This document shows positions 50,957-59,755 of a DNA stretch of 64,000 nt, in pieces. Position numbers and translations under genes: made by a program. Source of the stretch: an uncultured Acidobacteriota bacterium (GTDB lineage Bacteria > Acidobacteriota > Thermoanaerobaculia > UBA5066 > Gp7-AA6); NCBI GenBank assembly GCA_963764715.1, contig CAVXTP010000022.1:256001-320000 (forward strand). The letters are read 5' to 3'. Each line of letters begins with the position of its first letter. Positions within the stretch are counted from its first letter, which is position 1. The notes under the pieces were generated by a model, which searched no databases, was not told the origin of the DNA, and saw nothing but the letters and a program-made list of their open reading frames with translations.

Positions 50957-51295
50957 ATGAACTGGACCGAGCGGATCCTCGAGTTCCCGGTGCGGGCGGC
51001 GGCGGTCGACGACTTCCTGCGGGACCTGCGGGCCCGGGGAGCCGGGGACCTGAACGCCGTCCTGACGACGTTGAACGAGGGCGGCCTGTGCCGGGAAGTC
51101 GTGCGCCGCTGGACCGAGAGCGGCTGGATTGTCGTCGCGCCGAACACGCCGCTGCTGGCCCTGACCGGCCCGGCCTTCGAGCCGGAGCTGACGCTCTCGG
51201 ACTTCTGCAGCGACATCGAGATCCTGGAGACGCCGGCCCTCGCGGGCCCGGAGGCGTCGACGGGGGAGGGGACGGAGGACCATGGCGATTCGTAA
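50957..51295 (+). CDS. hypothetical protein inside the thiolase-hbd-crt operon
   Basis: 112-aa ORF filling the gap with typical codon use; no recognised motif. Confidence 0.6.
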   Translation: MNWTERILEFPVRAAAVDDFLRDLRARGAGDLNAVLTTLNEGGLCREVVRRWTESGWIVVAPNTPLLALTGPAFEPELTLSDFCSDIEILETPALAGPEASTGEGTEDHGDS

Positions 51296-52136
51296 GGTCG
51301 GTGTTCTCGGCGCGGGCCTCATGGGCTCGGGCATCGCCGAGGTGTGCGTGAAAGCGGGCTACGACACGGTGGTCCGCGAGGTCAGCGACGAGCTCGTCAA
51401 GAAGGGGCTCTCGCGCATCGAGGGCTCGCTCGGAAAAGCCGTCGAGAAGGGCAAGCTTCCGGCGGCCGACCGCGACGCCGCCTGGAAGCGGCTCCACTCG
51501 ACGACGAAGCTCGAGGACCTCGCCGATTGCGACCTCCTGATCGAGGCGATCGTCGAAAACCTCGACGTCAAGAAGGAGACGTACCGCGCGCTCGACGCGG
51601 CGTGCAAGCCGGAGACGATCTTCTGCTCCAACACCTCGTCGCTGACGATCACCGAGATGTCCGCGGCGACCAAGCGACCGGACCGGTTCGCGGGACTCCA
51701 CTTCTTCAACCCGGTCCCCGTGATGAAGCTCGTGGAGGTCGTCCGCACGATCGCGACGTCCGAGGAGACCTTCGCGACGGTCTTCGAGTTCGCGAAGTCG
51801 CTCGGCAAGGAGCCGATCCGTACGCACGACAACTCCGGCTTCATCGTCAACCGTCTCCTCGTCCCGTACCTGCTGGACGCGGTCCGGGCCCTCGAGGAGG
51901 GCGTCGGCTCGCGCGAGGACATCGACAAGGGCATGGAGCTCGGCTGCGGCCACCCGATGGGGCCGCTGAAGCTCCTCGACTTCGTCGGTCTCGACACGAC
52001 CTACGCGATCGCCGAGATCATGTTTGCCGAGTACCGGGAGAAGCGCTTCGCGCCGCCCCCGCTGCTGAAGCGCATGGTCCTCGCCGGGCGCTACGGGAAG
52101 AAATCCGGGCGAGGCTTCTACGAGTACGGAGGGTAA
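51282..52136 (+). CDS. hbd: 3-hydroxybutyryl-CoA dehydrogenase
   Basis: GAGLMGSGIA, EAIVE, SNTSSL, HFFNP, GFIVNR, HPMGP..L.D.VGLD, GKKSGRGFY. Confidence 0.93.
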   Translation: MAIRKVGVLGAGLMGSGIAEVCVKAGYDTVVREVSDELVKKGLSRIEGSLGKAVEKGKLPAADRDAAWKRLHSTTKLEDLADCDLLIEAIVENLDVKKETYRALDAACKPETIFCSNTSSLTITEMSAATKRPDRFAGLHFFNPVPVMKLVEVVRTIATSEETFATVFEFAKSLGKEPIRTHDNSGFIVNRLLVPYLLDAVRALEEGVGSREDIDKGMELGCGHPMGPLKLLDFVGLDTTYAIAEIMFAEYREKRFAPPPLLKRMVLAGRYGKKSGRGFYEYGG

Positions 52137-52137
52137 C

Positions 52138-52917
52138 GTGAGCGACTTCGTTCTCGTCGAGACTTCGGACCGCGTCCGCACGCTGACCATCAACCGGCCG
52201 GACAAACTGAACGCGCTGAACGCGGAGGTCATGGCGGCCCTCGACGGCGCGCTCGACGCGGCCCGGGACGACACCTCGGTCGGCGTGGTGATCATCACGG
52301 GCTCGGGCGAGAAGTCCTTCATCGCGGGCGCCGACATCGGCGAGCTCTCGAAGCTCACGCCCGTGGAGGGCCGGGAGCACGCGCGCCGGGGCCAGGCCGT
52401 CCTCGCGAAAATCGAGGCGCTCGGCAAGCCCGTCATCGCCGCCGTCAACGGCTACGCGCTCGGCGGGGGATGCGAGCTCGCGCTCGCCTGCACGATCCGG
52501 ATCGCCTCCGAGAACGCGCGCTTCGGACAGCCCGAGGTGAAGCTCGGAATCCTGCCGGGCTACGGCGGCTCGCAGCGGCTGGCCCGCATCGTCGGCGAGG
52601 GCCGGGCGATGCAGCTCTGCCTGACGGCCGAGCCGATCGACGCGGCGGAGGCCTGGCGGATCGGGCTCGTCAACAAGGTCGTCCCCCCGGGCGAGGCGGT
52701 CGCGGCCGCCCGCGCCATGGCCGCGCAGATCCTCGCGAACGGCCCGGTCGCCTGCCGGTACGTTCTCGAGGCGGTCCACCGCGGCCTCGACCTGCCCCTT
52801 CCCGACGGCCTCCTGCTCGAGGCCACGCTCTTCGGGCTCTGCGCCGCCACCTCCGACATGAGGGAGGGGATGACCGCGTTCCTCGAGAAGCGGCCGGCGC
52901 GGTTCACGGGGAAGTAG
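52138..52917 (+). CDS. crt: enoyl-CoA hydratase (crotonase)
   Basis: NRPDKLNAL, AGADI, GYALGGGCEL, FGQPEVKLG, EGMTAFLEKR. Confidence 0.9.
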   Translation: MSDFVLVETSDRVRTLTINRPDKLNALNAEVMAALDGALDAARDDTSVGVVIITGSGEKSFIAGADIGELSKLTPVEGREHARRGQAVLAKIEALGKPVIAAVNGYALGGGCELALACTIRIASENARFGQPEVKLGILPGYGGSQRLARIVGEGRAMQLCLTAEPIDAAEAWRIGLVNKVVPPGEAVAAARAMAAQILANGPVACRYVLEAVHRGLDLPLPDGLLLEATLFGLCAATSDMREGMTAFLEKRPARFTGK

Positions 52918-52926
52918 GAGCGCGGC

Positions 52927-54099
52927 ATGGGCATCGAGCTCGTCAGCGCCTGTGTGTTCTGCGCCGGGATGCTCCTCGGGATGGACCTGTCGCCCCGCCC
53001 TGGCCTCGGGGGGGAGCTCGGCTTCTCCTACTCGACGCTCGCCCGGCGCTACGACATCGGAACCACCGTCGACACCTCGGACGTCACGCCGAAATTCGTC
53101 CTCGCCGGCATGGGCTTCGCGCGCTTCGCGCCGGACGGACTCGGCGCCGGGACGCCGGAGTTCGAGTGGAGGGCCCGGGTGGCGTTCGGAACGTCCCACG
53201 ACGAGCAGCAGCGGCTGGAGCAGCCGCAGCTCGGCCTCCCGCAGGTGCTCTCCAACGGGACCGGGCGCGCCGAGAACTTCGCCCTGCTCCTGCGGCTCCC
53301 GGTGACGAAGGCGGACTCGGTGGAGCTCGCCGGCGAGGGCCGGAACAACCGGTCGACCGACGTCATCAACATCGGCGGCGAGAACCAGGAGCTCACCGAG
53401 GCCCGGGACCTCTCGTCCCAGCGGATCGACGTCGCGGCCGGCTGGCGTCATCGCTGGCCGGGCCTCGAGGCCGCGGCGGCCTTCCGCTGGACGAAGCCGT
53501 CGGGCTACAACGCGACGGCCGGATCCTTCCAGGACGCCTCCGGACCGATCTACGGCGGCGAGGGCGAGGTCCGCTGGAAGCCCGGTCCGTGGACCTTCGT
53601 CGCCCACGCGGAGTACATGAGCGGGAACATCGACGTCCACCGGGAGAGCCTGCCCGACTTCCATGACCGCGACTCCGAGCTCAAGGCCGCGCTCCAGGCC
53701 TACCGGCTCTCGGCCGGCTACTCCTGGACGTGCTCGGACCTGATGCTTTCGGCGACGTACGAACGGCAGCAGCTCCCGTACGTCTCGCTCGCCGTTCTCG
53801 GGACGGAGACGGTGGCGTTCGACGGAGGCTACGATCCTTACTCCGACAACGAGGAGGTCTACTGGGACCTCGCCTTCCGGTACGCCTTCAGCCCGGCGAT
53901 CCGGGCGCGCATCGGCGCCCGACTGGCCTGGGGCGACGAGACCGTGACCCTGACCGACTCGGGCGGCGTGCGGCCGACCCGGATCCTCGACGTGGCGCGC
54001 CGCGGCATCTTCGGCGGGAGCCTCTCCGATCCCCTCGGATCGCCCGAGTTCGCCTTCTTCATCGGCGCGGACTTCTCGATCGGCGCGCCGAAGCCGTGA
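52927..54099 (+). CDS. probable outer-membrane beta-barrel hypothetical protein
   Basis: hydrophobic N-terminus; many alternating aromatic strands (GWRHRW, EVRWK, AGYSW, FRYAF); C-terminal 'FFIGADFS'. Confidence 0.55.
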   Translation: MGIELVSACVFCAGMLLGMDLSPRPGLGGELGFSYSTLARRYDIGTTVDTSDVTPKFVLAGMGFARFAPDGLGAGTPEFEWRARVAFGTSHDEQQRLEQPQLGLPQVLSNGTGRAENFALLLRLPVTKADSVELAGEGRNNRSTDVINIGGENQELTEARDLSSQRIDVAAGWRHRWPGLEAAAAFRWTKPSGYNATAGSFQDASGPIYGGEGEVRWKPGPWTFVAHAEYMSGNIDVHRESLPDFHDRDSELKAALQAYRLSAGYSWTCSDLMLSATYERQQLPYVSLAVLGTETVAFDGGYDPYSDNEEVYWDLAFRYAFSPAIRARIGARLAWGDETVTLTDSGGVRPTRILDVARRGIFGGSLSDPLGSPEFAFFIGADFSIGAPKP

Positions 54100-54137
54100 G
54101 CCCTCCCGGTGCTAAACTCGGTGCGGGAGAAGACCTC

Positions 54138-55391
54138 TTGAACCCGCCGGACTCCGACCTCATCTACGACTGGAACCGCGCCGGCGGCGCGGTTTCCCCG
54201 AAGCGCGGCCGGGTCGAGATCGACGACGAGACACTCCGGGACGGCCTCCAGTCCCCCTCGGTCAAGAGCCCCTCGATCGACCAGAAGATCCGGATCCTGC
54301 ACCTGATGGAGTCGCTCGGGATCGACTCCGCGGACATCGGTTTGCCGGGGGCCGGCCCCCACGTCGTCGACACGGTGACGCGCCTCGCCCAGGAGATCGT
54401 CATCGGCAAGATGAAGATCCGGCCCAACTGCGCGGCACGGACCGTGGCGGCGGACATCCTGCCGATCATCGAAATCTCGCAGAAGGTCGGGATCCCGATC
54501 GAGGTCTCGTGCTTCATCGGGTCTTCGCCGATCCGCCAGTACGCCGAGGACTGGGACTTCGAGCGGATGCTCCGCCTGTCCGAGGACGCGGTGGCCCTCG
54601 CCGTGCGGGAGGGCCTACCGGTCATGTACGTCACCGAGGACACGACGCGCGCGCACCCCGACCACGTCCGCGCGATGTACACGACGGCCATGCGGGCCGG
54701 CGCCGGACGGATCTGCGTCTGCGACACCGTCGGGCACGCGACGCCGAACGGGGTCCGCAACCTCGTCGCCTTCGTCTGCCAGCTCGTCGAGGAAGTGAGC
54801 CCGTCCGTCAAGGTCGACTGGCACGGCCACCAGGACCGGGGCCTCGGCGTCACGAACGCCCTCTGGGCCCTGGAGGCCGGAGCGCACCGCGTCCACGCCT
54901 GCGCTCTCGGGATCGGGGAGCGCGTCGGGAACACGCCGATGGACCAGCTGCTCGTCAACCTGCAGCTGCTCGGCTGGATCGACCGCGACCTGACCCGGCT
55001 CAACGACTACTGCGCGGCGGTCTCCGAAGCGACCGGCGTGCCGATCCCCGACAACTACCCGGTCGTCGGCCGGGACGCATTTCGCACCGGGACCGGCGTC
55101 CACGCCGCGGCCATCATCAAGGCCCGCAAGAAGGGCGACGAGTGGCTGGCGGACCGCGTCTACTCGGGCGTCCCCGCCTCGATGGTCGGACGCCACCAGG
55201 TGATCGAGGTCGGGCCCATGAGCGGCCTCTCGAACGTCCAGTGCTGGCTGGAGAGCCGGGGAATCGAGGCCCGGCCGGACCTCGTCGACGCGATCTTCCG
55301 CCTCGCCAAGGAGAGCGACCACATCCTCGGCGACGCCGAGATCCTCGACGTCGTGCAGCGGCTGACTCCGGAAACCGCGCCGCTGCGGTAG
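54138..55391 (+). CDS. LeuA/homocitrate-synthase family (DRE-TIM) synthase lacking the C-terminal regulatory domain
   Basis: DETLRDGLQ, EDTTR, DTVG, HGHQDRG, GIGERVGN, G.DAF...GVHA, GPMSG. Confidence 0.85.
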   Translation: MNPPDSDLIYDWNRAGGAVSPKRGRVEIDDETLRDGLQSPSVKSPSIDQKIRILHLMESLGIDSADIGLPGAGPHVVDTVTRLAQEIVIGKMKIRPNCAARTVAADILPIIEISQKVGIPIEVSCFIGSSPIRQYAEDWDFERMLRLSEDAVALAVREGLPVMYVTEDTTRAHPDHVRAMYTTAMRAGAGRICVCDTVGHATPNGVRNLVAFVCQLVEEVSPSVKVDWHGHQDRGLGVTNALWALEAGAHRVHACALGIGERVGNTPMDQLLVNLQLLGWIDRDLTRLNDYCAAVSEATGVPIPDNYPVVGRDAFRTGTGVHAAAIIKARKKGDEWLADRVYSGVPASMVGRHQVIEVGPMSGLSNVQCWLESRGIEARPDLVDAIFRLAKESDHILGDAEILDVVQRLTPETAPLR

Positions 55392-55400
55392 GGGCGCCGC

Positions 55401-56378
55401 CTGCGCCGCGCGAACCGGAAGGGAAAGTCGGACGAGCCGGCGGCGGCGGCCCGCTCGTCGCGCTTTCTCGAACGCGACCTCCCGACCTACCTCGACCACC
55501 TGTCCGTCGAGAGGGGCCTTTCGCCCGCGAGCGTCGCGGCGTACCGCGGCGACCTGACGGCCTTCGGCGAGTTCCTCGCGGGGCGGCGGGTCGAGGCCGC
55601 GCGGGCTTCGCGCGCCGACCTGGGGCGTTACCTGGCGCACCTGCGGGCCCGCGACCTTTCGTCGCGCTCGACCTCGCGCGCGCTGTCCGCGATCCGCGGC
55701 TTCTTCGCGTTCGCCGCCGCGCACCTCGGCTTTCCGGAGGACCCGACGGCCGACCTCGCCAATCCGCGCATCGGGCGGGCGCTTCCGAAGAGCATCGGGG
55801 AAAGTGAGGTCGAGGCGCTGCTCGCGGCGCCCGACGTGCGGGGCCCCCTCGGCCTGCGCGACCGCGCGATGCTCGAGCTCCTCTACGCCTCGGGGCTCCG
55901 CGTGTCGGAGATCGTGAACCTGCCGCGCGAGGCCATCGACCTCGAGGCCGGGATCCTTCGGGTGACGGGCAAGGGCGGCAAGGAGCGGCTCGTCCCCTTC
56001 GGCCGCTCGGCCGCGCGCTGGCTCGCGCGGTACCTCGAGGCCGCGCGGCCGCCGCTCGACCGGCGCCGCTCCGCGCACCTCTTCCTTTCGTCGCGGGGCG
56101 CGGCGATGACCCGCCAGCGCTTCTGGCAGCTCATCGAGGCCTACGGCCGCAAGGCCGGGATCCGCACGCGCCTGACGCCCCACGTTCTCCGCCATGCCTT
56201 TGCCACGCACCTGCTGGAGCACGGCGCGGACCTCCGCGCCCTCCAGATGATGCTGGGCCACGCCGACATCGCCACGACCCAGATCTACACGAGCGTCTCC
56301 CGCGGCCGGCTCCGCCGGGTTTACGACGAGTTCCACCCCCGGGCGAAGGGCCGGGGTCGTGCGAAGATGGGGCGGTGA
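55401..56378 (+). CDS. xerD: tyrosine recombinase XerD (start codon unclear)
   Basis: YLDHLSVERGLS...Y..DL, LRDRAMLELLYASGLRVSE, GKGGKERLVP, HVLRHAFATH, MLGHADIATTQIYT. Confidence 0.9.
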   Translation: MRRANRKGKSDEPAAAARSSRFLERDLPTYLDHLSVERGLSPASVAAYRGDLTAFGEFLAGRRVEAARASRADLGRYLAHLRARDLSSRSTSRALSAIRGFFAFAAAHLGFPEDPTADLANPRIGRALPKSIGESEVEALLAAPDVRGPLGLRDRAMLELLYASGLRVSEIVNLPREAIDLEAGILRVTGKGGKERLVPFGRSAARWLARYLEAARPPLDRRRSAHLFLSSRGAAMTRQRFWQLIEAYGRKAGIRTRLTPHVLRHAFATHLLEHGADLRALQMMLGHADIATTQIYTSVSRGRLRRVYDEFHPRAKGRGRAKMGR

Positions 56379-56434
56379 CGACCCGGTCCAGAACGGCGGA
56401 ATGTAGCGGCCCGAGGGCCTGTTCTGCGTGGGGC

Positions 56435-57205
56435 ATGCCCTCCCTTCGCCTCCGCTGGGTCGCCGTGTGTCTCGGCGGCCTCCTCGGGGCGGGGTCGGCC
56501 GCACGGGCCGAGCTCATCGTCTTCGAGGACGGGCGGGTCGTGAAGGCCGCGGGTTTCGAGCTCCATTCGGACGAGCTCGAGATCCGGCTCCCCGGCGGCG
56601 GGAGCTACCGCGTCGACCTCGCGCGGGTGGACCGCATCGTCGATGACGAGGTCGTCGTGGATGCGGTCGTGGTCGAGCCGAGCGCCCTCGAGGCCGGCGG
56701 AGCCTTCGACATCTCGTACCGGCCCGAGCGCAAGCCCCTCTTCTCGACGCCCTACGACGCGCTCATCGAGCGGGAGGCGAAGGCCTTCGACATCGACGCG
56801 GCCCTCGTCTCCGCGCTCATCCGGGCCGAGTCCAACTACGAGCCGCGCGCCGTCTCGCGCAAGGGCGCGCGCGGCCTGATGCAGCTGATGCCGGCGACCG
56901 CGCGGAGACTCTCGGTGCAGAAGCCCTTCGACCCCTCCGCGAACGTGAAGGGCGGCGTCCGCTACCTCCGGGAGCTCGTCGACCGTTTCGGTCCGCGTCC
57001 CGACCTGGTGCTGGCGGCGTACAACGCGGGCGAGGGGGCCGTCGTGGCGTATGGCGGCGTGCCGCCGTACCGGGAGACGGTGGCCTACGTCAACCGCATC
57101 CTCCGCTGGGCCCAGCCGGTGCCGAACGCCGGCGCGACGCGCCCCGGGAATTCCCCCGCCGCCCCGGCTTCGAGCGCCGGAACGACCCTCGAGACGCGCA
57201 ACTAG
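56435..57205 (+). CDS. soluble lytic transglycosylase (SLT domain)
   Basis: signal peptide; IRAESNY, SRKGARGLMQLMP, AAYNAG, VPPYRET..YV. Confidence 0.92.
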   Translation: MPSLRLRWVAVCLGGLLGAGSAARAELIVFEDGRVVKAAGFELHSDELEIRLPGGGSYRVDLARVDRIVDDEVVVDAVVVEPSALEAGGAFDISYRPERKPLFSTPYDALIEREAKAFDIDAALVSALIRAESNYEPRAVSRKGARGLMQLMPATARRLSVQKPFDPSANVKGGVRYLRELVDRFGPRPDLVLAAYNAGEGAVVAYGGVPPYRETVAYVNRILRWAQPVPNAGATRPGNSPAAPASSAGTTLETRN

Positions 57206-57214
57206 AGCGGCGGC

Positions 57215-57565
57215 TCAGTCCGCGGGGGCGATCGACTCGACGAAGATCGTGTCGCCCTCGACCCGTCCCTCGATCCGCACGCGCCGGGCGGCGAACTCCG
57301 CGGGCGCGTCCTGATCGTCGAGCTGGTAGAACTTCGTCGTGGCGACGTCGATGAAGCCGTAGGGCGCGCCCTTCGCGACGCACTTGAGCGTGCACTCGCG
57401 GTCGTCCCGCCCCATCCCGCCCCGGGCGATCATCGGAGCGTGGTACGGGCCGCACTCCGCGTCGGTGATCCAGCCGAGGAAGGTCTCGGCGGCGGCCGGC
57501 GCGGCGGTGGCCAGGGCCAGGGCCAGGGCGACGGCGGCGAGGAGGATCGAGCGCTTCATCGACAT
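57215..57565 (-). CDS. small secreted Cys/His protein (OB-like, DUF5818-like)
   Basis: signal peptide; G.ITDAECG.YH...CTLKCVAKG..Y; 'V.IEG.VEGDTI.VESI'. Confidence 0.7.
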   Translation of the reverse strand: MSMKRSILLAAVALALALATAAPAAAETFLGWITDAECGPYHAPMIARGGMGRDDRECTLKCVAKGAPYGFIDVATTKFYQLDDQDAPAEFAARRVRIEGRVEGDTIFVESIAPAD

Positions 57566-57613
57566 TCGTTGGATGCCGCCGGGTGGCGGACGATACATGG
57601 CCGATCGCCGTCG

Positions 57614-59755
57614 TTACGGCCGGACGGTCGGCCGGGGGACCGGCGCCGGCTCGCCGGCCGCGCGTTTGGCGGCCGCGATGGCCGCGCGGAGCTTCTCGGA
57701 GAGACGCTGGATCTGCAGGTCGGCGAATTCTCCCCGGCCGCCGACGAGGGCCTCGCGGATCGCCGGCAGCGTTTCGGCCTCGTACGTCGGCAGCGGGGCA
57801 TAAACCAGGTGGCGGAACCAGGGCCGGCCGGGGATCCCCGGCGGATCGAGGAGCGCCCGTTCGAGCGAGAGGAGCCAGGCGTTGGCGTCGCGCAGCGCCG
57901 TGAATCCCATCCGGTCGGCCCCGACCCGCGCGGCGATCGCCTTCTGCGCGGCGCCGGCGCTCTCGCTCCAGGCCCGGCCGAGGGAGGCGAGCTCCGAGAG
58001 GCCGCGGGCATGGGTGGCGGCGGCGTCGAGGTCCTTGAGCTCTTCGGCGTACCGCGCGATCTCGCGGCCGTAGGCGGCCGCGTCGAAGGGAAGAGTGTCG
58101 GCGTTGGCGAAGCGCAGCGCCAGCATGCCCGCGTACTTCGCCATCGCCGCGTGGTAGACGAAGCCCGGATCGCCCTGGGTCGCCATCCAGCGGTGCGTGT
58201 CGTAGACGGAGTGATAGACGCCGTAGGGGCCGTCGAAGACGAGGTCGGTGGAGGCGATGCCGAGGTGATTGAAGAACACGGTGTAGTCGGAGCCGCTTCC
58301 CAGGACCGCCACGGGCAGCTTCTCGGACGCGTCGGCCGATTCCCGCCGTTCGGTCCAGGCGTCGGCGAGGGTCTTGCCCGGGGTCTCGGGGTCCGGAAAG
58401 TCCCGGGCGAGCTCGCGCAGGGCCGTGAACAGGAGCGGCGAGGCCGAGGCCGCGAAGCGCTTCCCGAGGGCCGAGGCGTCGACGTTGATGCAGACCACCG
58501 CGTTCTGCTTGAGGTCGCGCTCGTACTGCTCGCCCCACTCGGTCGAGCCGGTCAGCGTGTACTCCTCGGCGTCCCATTCCCCGATGACGATCGTCCGCCG
58601 GGGCCGGAAGCCCTCGGCCGCGAGCTTTCCGAGGGCCCGCCCGAGGGCGAGCATGGAGGCCGTTCCCGACGAAGGATCGACGCCCCCGTAGACCCAGGCG
58701 TCGAAATGGTTCGAGAGCAGGACCTTGCGTCCCGGCTCGTCGGTGCCCCGGAGAGTCGCGACGACGTTCCGGATGGTCCTCTTCTCGCGCGTGTTCTCGA
58801 TCTTGAGGGCGACGCGCACCGGGCCGGGGCCGACGTTGTAGGTCCGGGTCACGGCGAGACCCTGCCAGGTCGAGCCCGGGACCGCCGGTCCGCGAAGCCG
58901 CTCGAGGATCTCGGCCGCGTCGCGGGCCGAGAGGGGCATCATGGGGATCTTCGGCAGGATCTCCGACTCGGACGCGGGGATGCGCCGCGCCTCGGGCGTC
59001 GACGCCCAGCCGGGCGTCAGCGGATCGCCGGGCACGATGAAGTCGTAGACGTTGGAGCCGCGCTGGACGTGGGAAAGCGGTCCCCAGGGCCCGTCGGGAT
59101 AGGCGGGGCCCTGGAACCACCCGTCGTCGACTGGGTCCGAGTAGACCAGGATCGCCAGCACGCCGCGCTTCTCGGCCTCGAGCGACTTTCCTCCGCGGTA
59201 GCCCCCGAAATACCGGGCGAGCGCGATCTTTCCGCGCACGTCGATGCCCATCCTGGCGAGCCGGTCGTAGTCTTCGGCGCTTCCGCGGTTGACGTAGACG
59301 ACCTCGCCGACGACCTCGGCCGACGGCGAGTACGCGTTCCACGGAGGGGCGGCCTCGGGCACGTCGGTGTCGGGGTCCTCGGGGATCGGCAGCTCGCCCC
59401 GGGCGAGGGCCACGCCGGGCTCGCCGACGATCTCGAGCCGCGCACTGCGCGGATAGGACAGGAGGACCTCGTAGGACGGCATCTCCACCGACCAGCCGGC
59501 CTTCCGGTACTCGGCAGCCAGGTACTCGGCGACGCGGGCGTTGCCGTCGGTCCCGGCGACGTGCGGCGTCCGGGTCACCTCGCGGTGGATTTCCTCGCAG
59601 TCCTGCGGCCGCGCGAGCTCGAGGAGGCGCCGTTCGTATTCGCGCTGCCAGGCGGAGCGCTTCGGCGCGAACCCGGTCAGCTTCGGCGAAGGCGCCGGCC
59701 CCGCCGACAGCGCCAGGACGGCCGCGAGGGGAAGAAACGCCCGGGCGCGCTTCAC
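57614..59755 (-). CDS. M28 glutamate-carboxypeptidase-II-like peptidase (PA + transferrin-receptor dimerisation domains)
   Basis: signal peptide; PHVAGT, NHFDAW..G.VDPSSGT, WDAEEY..GSTEW, INVD, GSGSDY, VYHS.YDT, RPWFRHL. Confidence 0.92.
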   Translation of the reverse strand: MKRARAFLPLAAVLALSAGPAPSPKLTGFAPKRSAWQREYERRLLELARPQDCEEIHREVTRTPHVAGTDGNARVAEYLAAEYRKAGWSVEMPSYEVLLSYPRSARLEIVGEPGVALARGELPIPEDPDTDVPEAAPPWNAYSPSAEVVGEVVYVNRGSAEDYDRLARMGIDVRGKIALARYFGGYRGGKSLEAEKRGVLAILVYSDPVDDGWFQGPAYPDGPWGPLSHVQRGSNVYDFIVPGDPLTPGWASTPEARRIPASESEILPKIPMMPLSARDAAEILERLRGPAVPGSTWQGLAVTRTYNVGPGPVRVALKIENTREKRTIRNVVATLRGTDEPGRKVLLSNHFDAWVYGGVDPSSGTASMLALGRALGKLAAEGFRPRRTIVIGEWDAEEYTLTGSTEWGEQYERDLKQNAVVCINVDASALGKRFAASASPLLFTALRELARDFPDPETPGKTLADAWTERRESADASEKLPVAVLGSGSDYTVFFNHLGIASTDLVFDGPYGVYHSVYDTHRWMATQGDPGFVYHAAMAKYAGMLALRFANADTLPFDAAAYGREIARYAEELKDLDAAATHARGLSELASLGRAWSESAGAAQKAIAARVGADRMGFTALRDANAWLLSLERALLDPPGIPGRPWFRHLVYAPLPTYEAETLPAIREALVGGRGEFADLQIQRLSEKLRAAIAAAKRAAGEPAPVPRPTVRP

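Noticed and set aside
55389-55391. Pyrrolysine or other TAG readthrough fusing the LeuA-like enzyme to XerD
   Set aside because: No pyl genes are in the window, the fusion makes no functional sense, the TAG is part of a REP-like head, and a one-base error explains the missing start.
55401-57205. Tyrosine recombinase plus lytic transglycosylase as a prophage or integrative element
   Set aside because: The sequence matches housekeeping XerD; there is no att/tRNA site, phage or conjugation gene, or composition shift.
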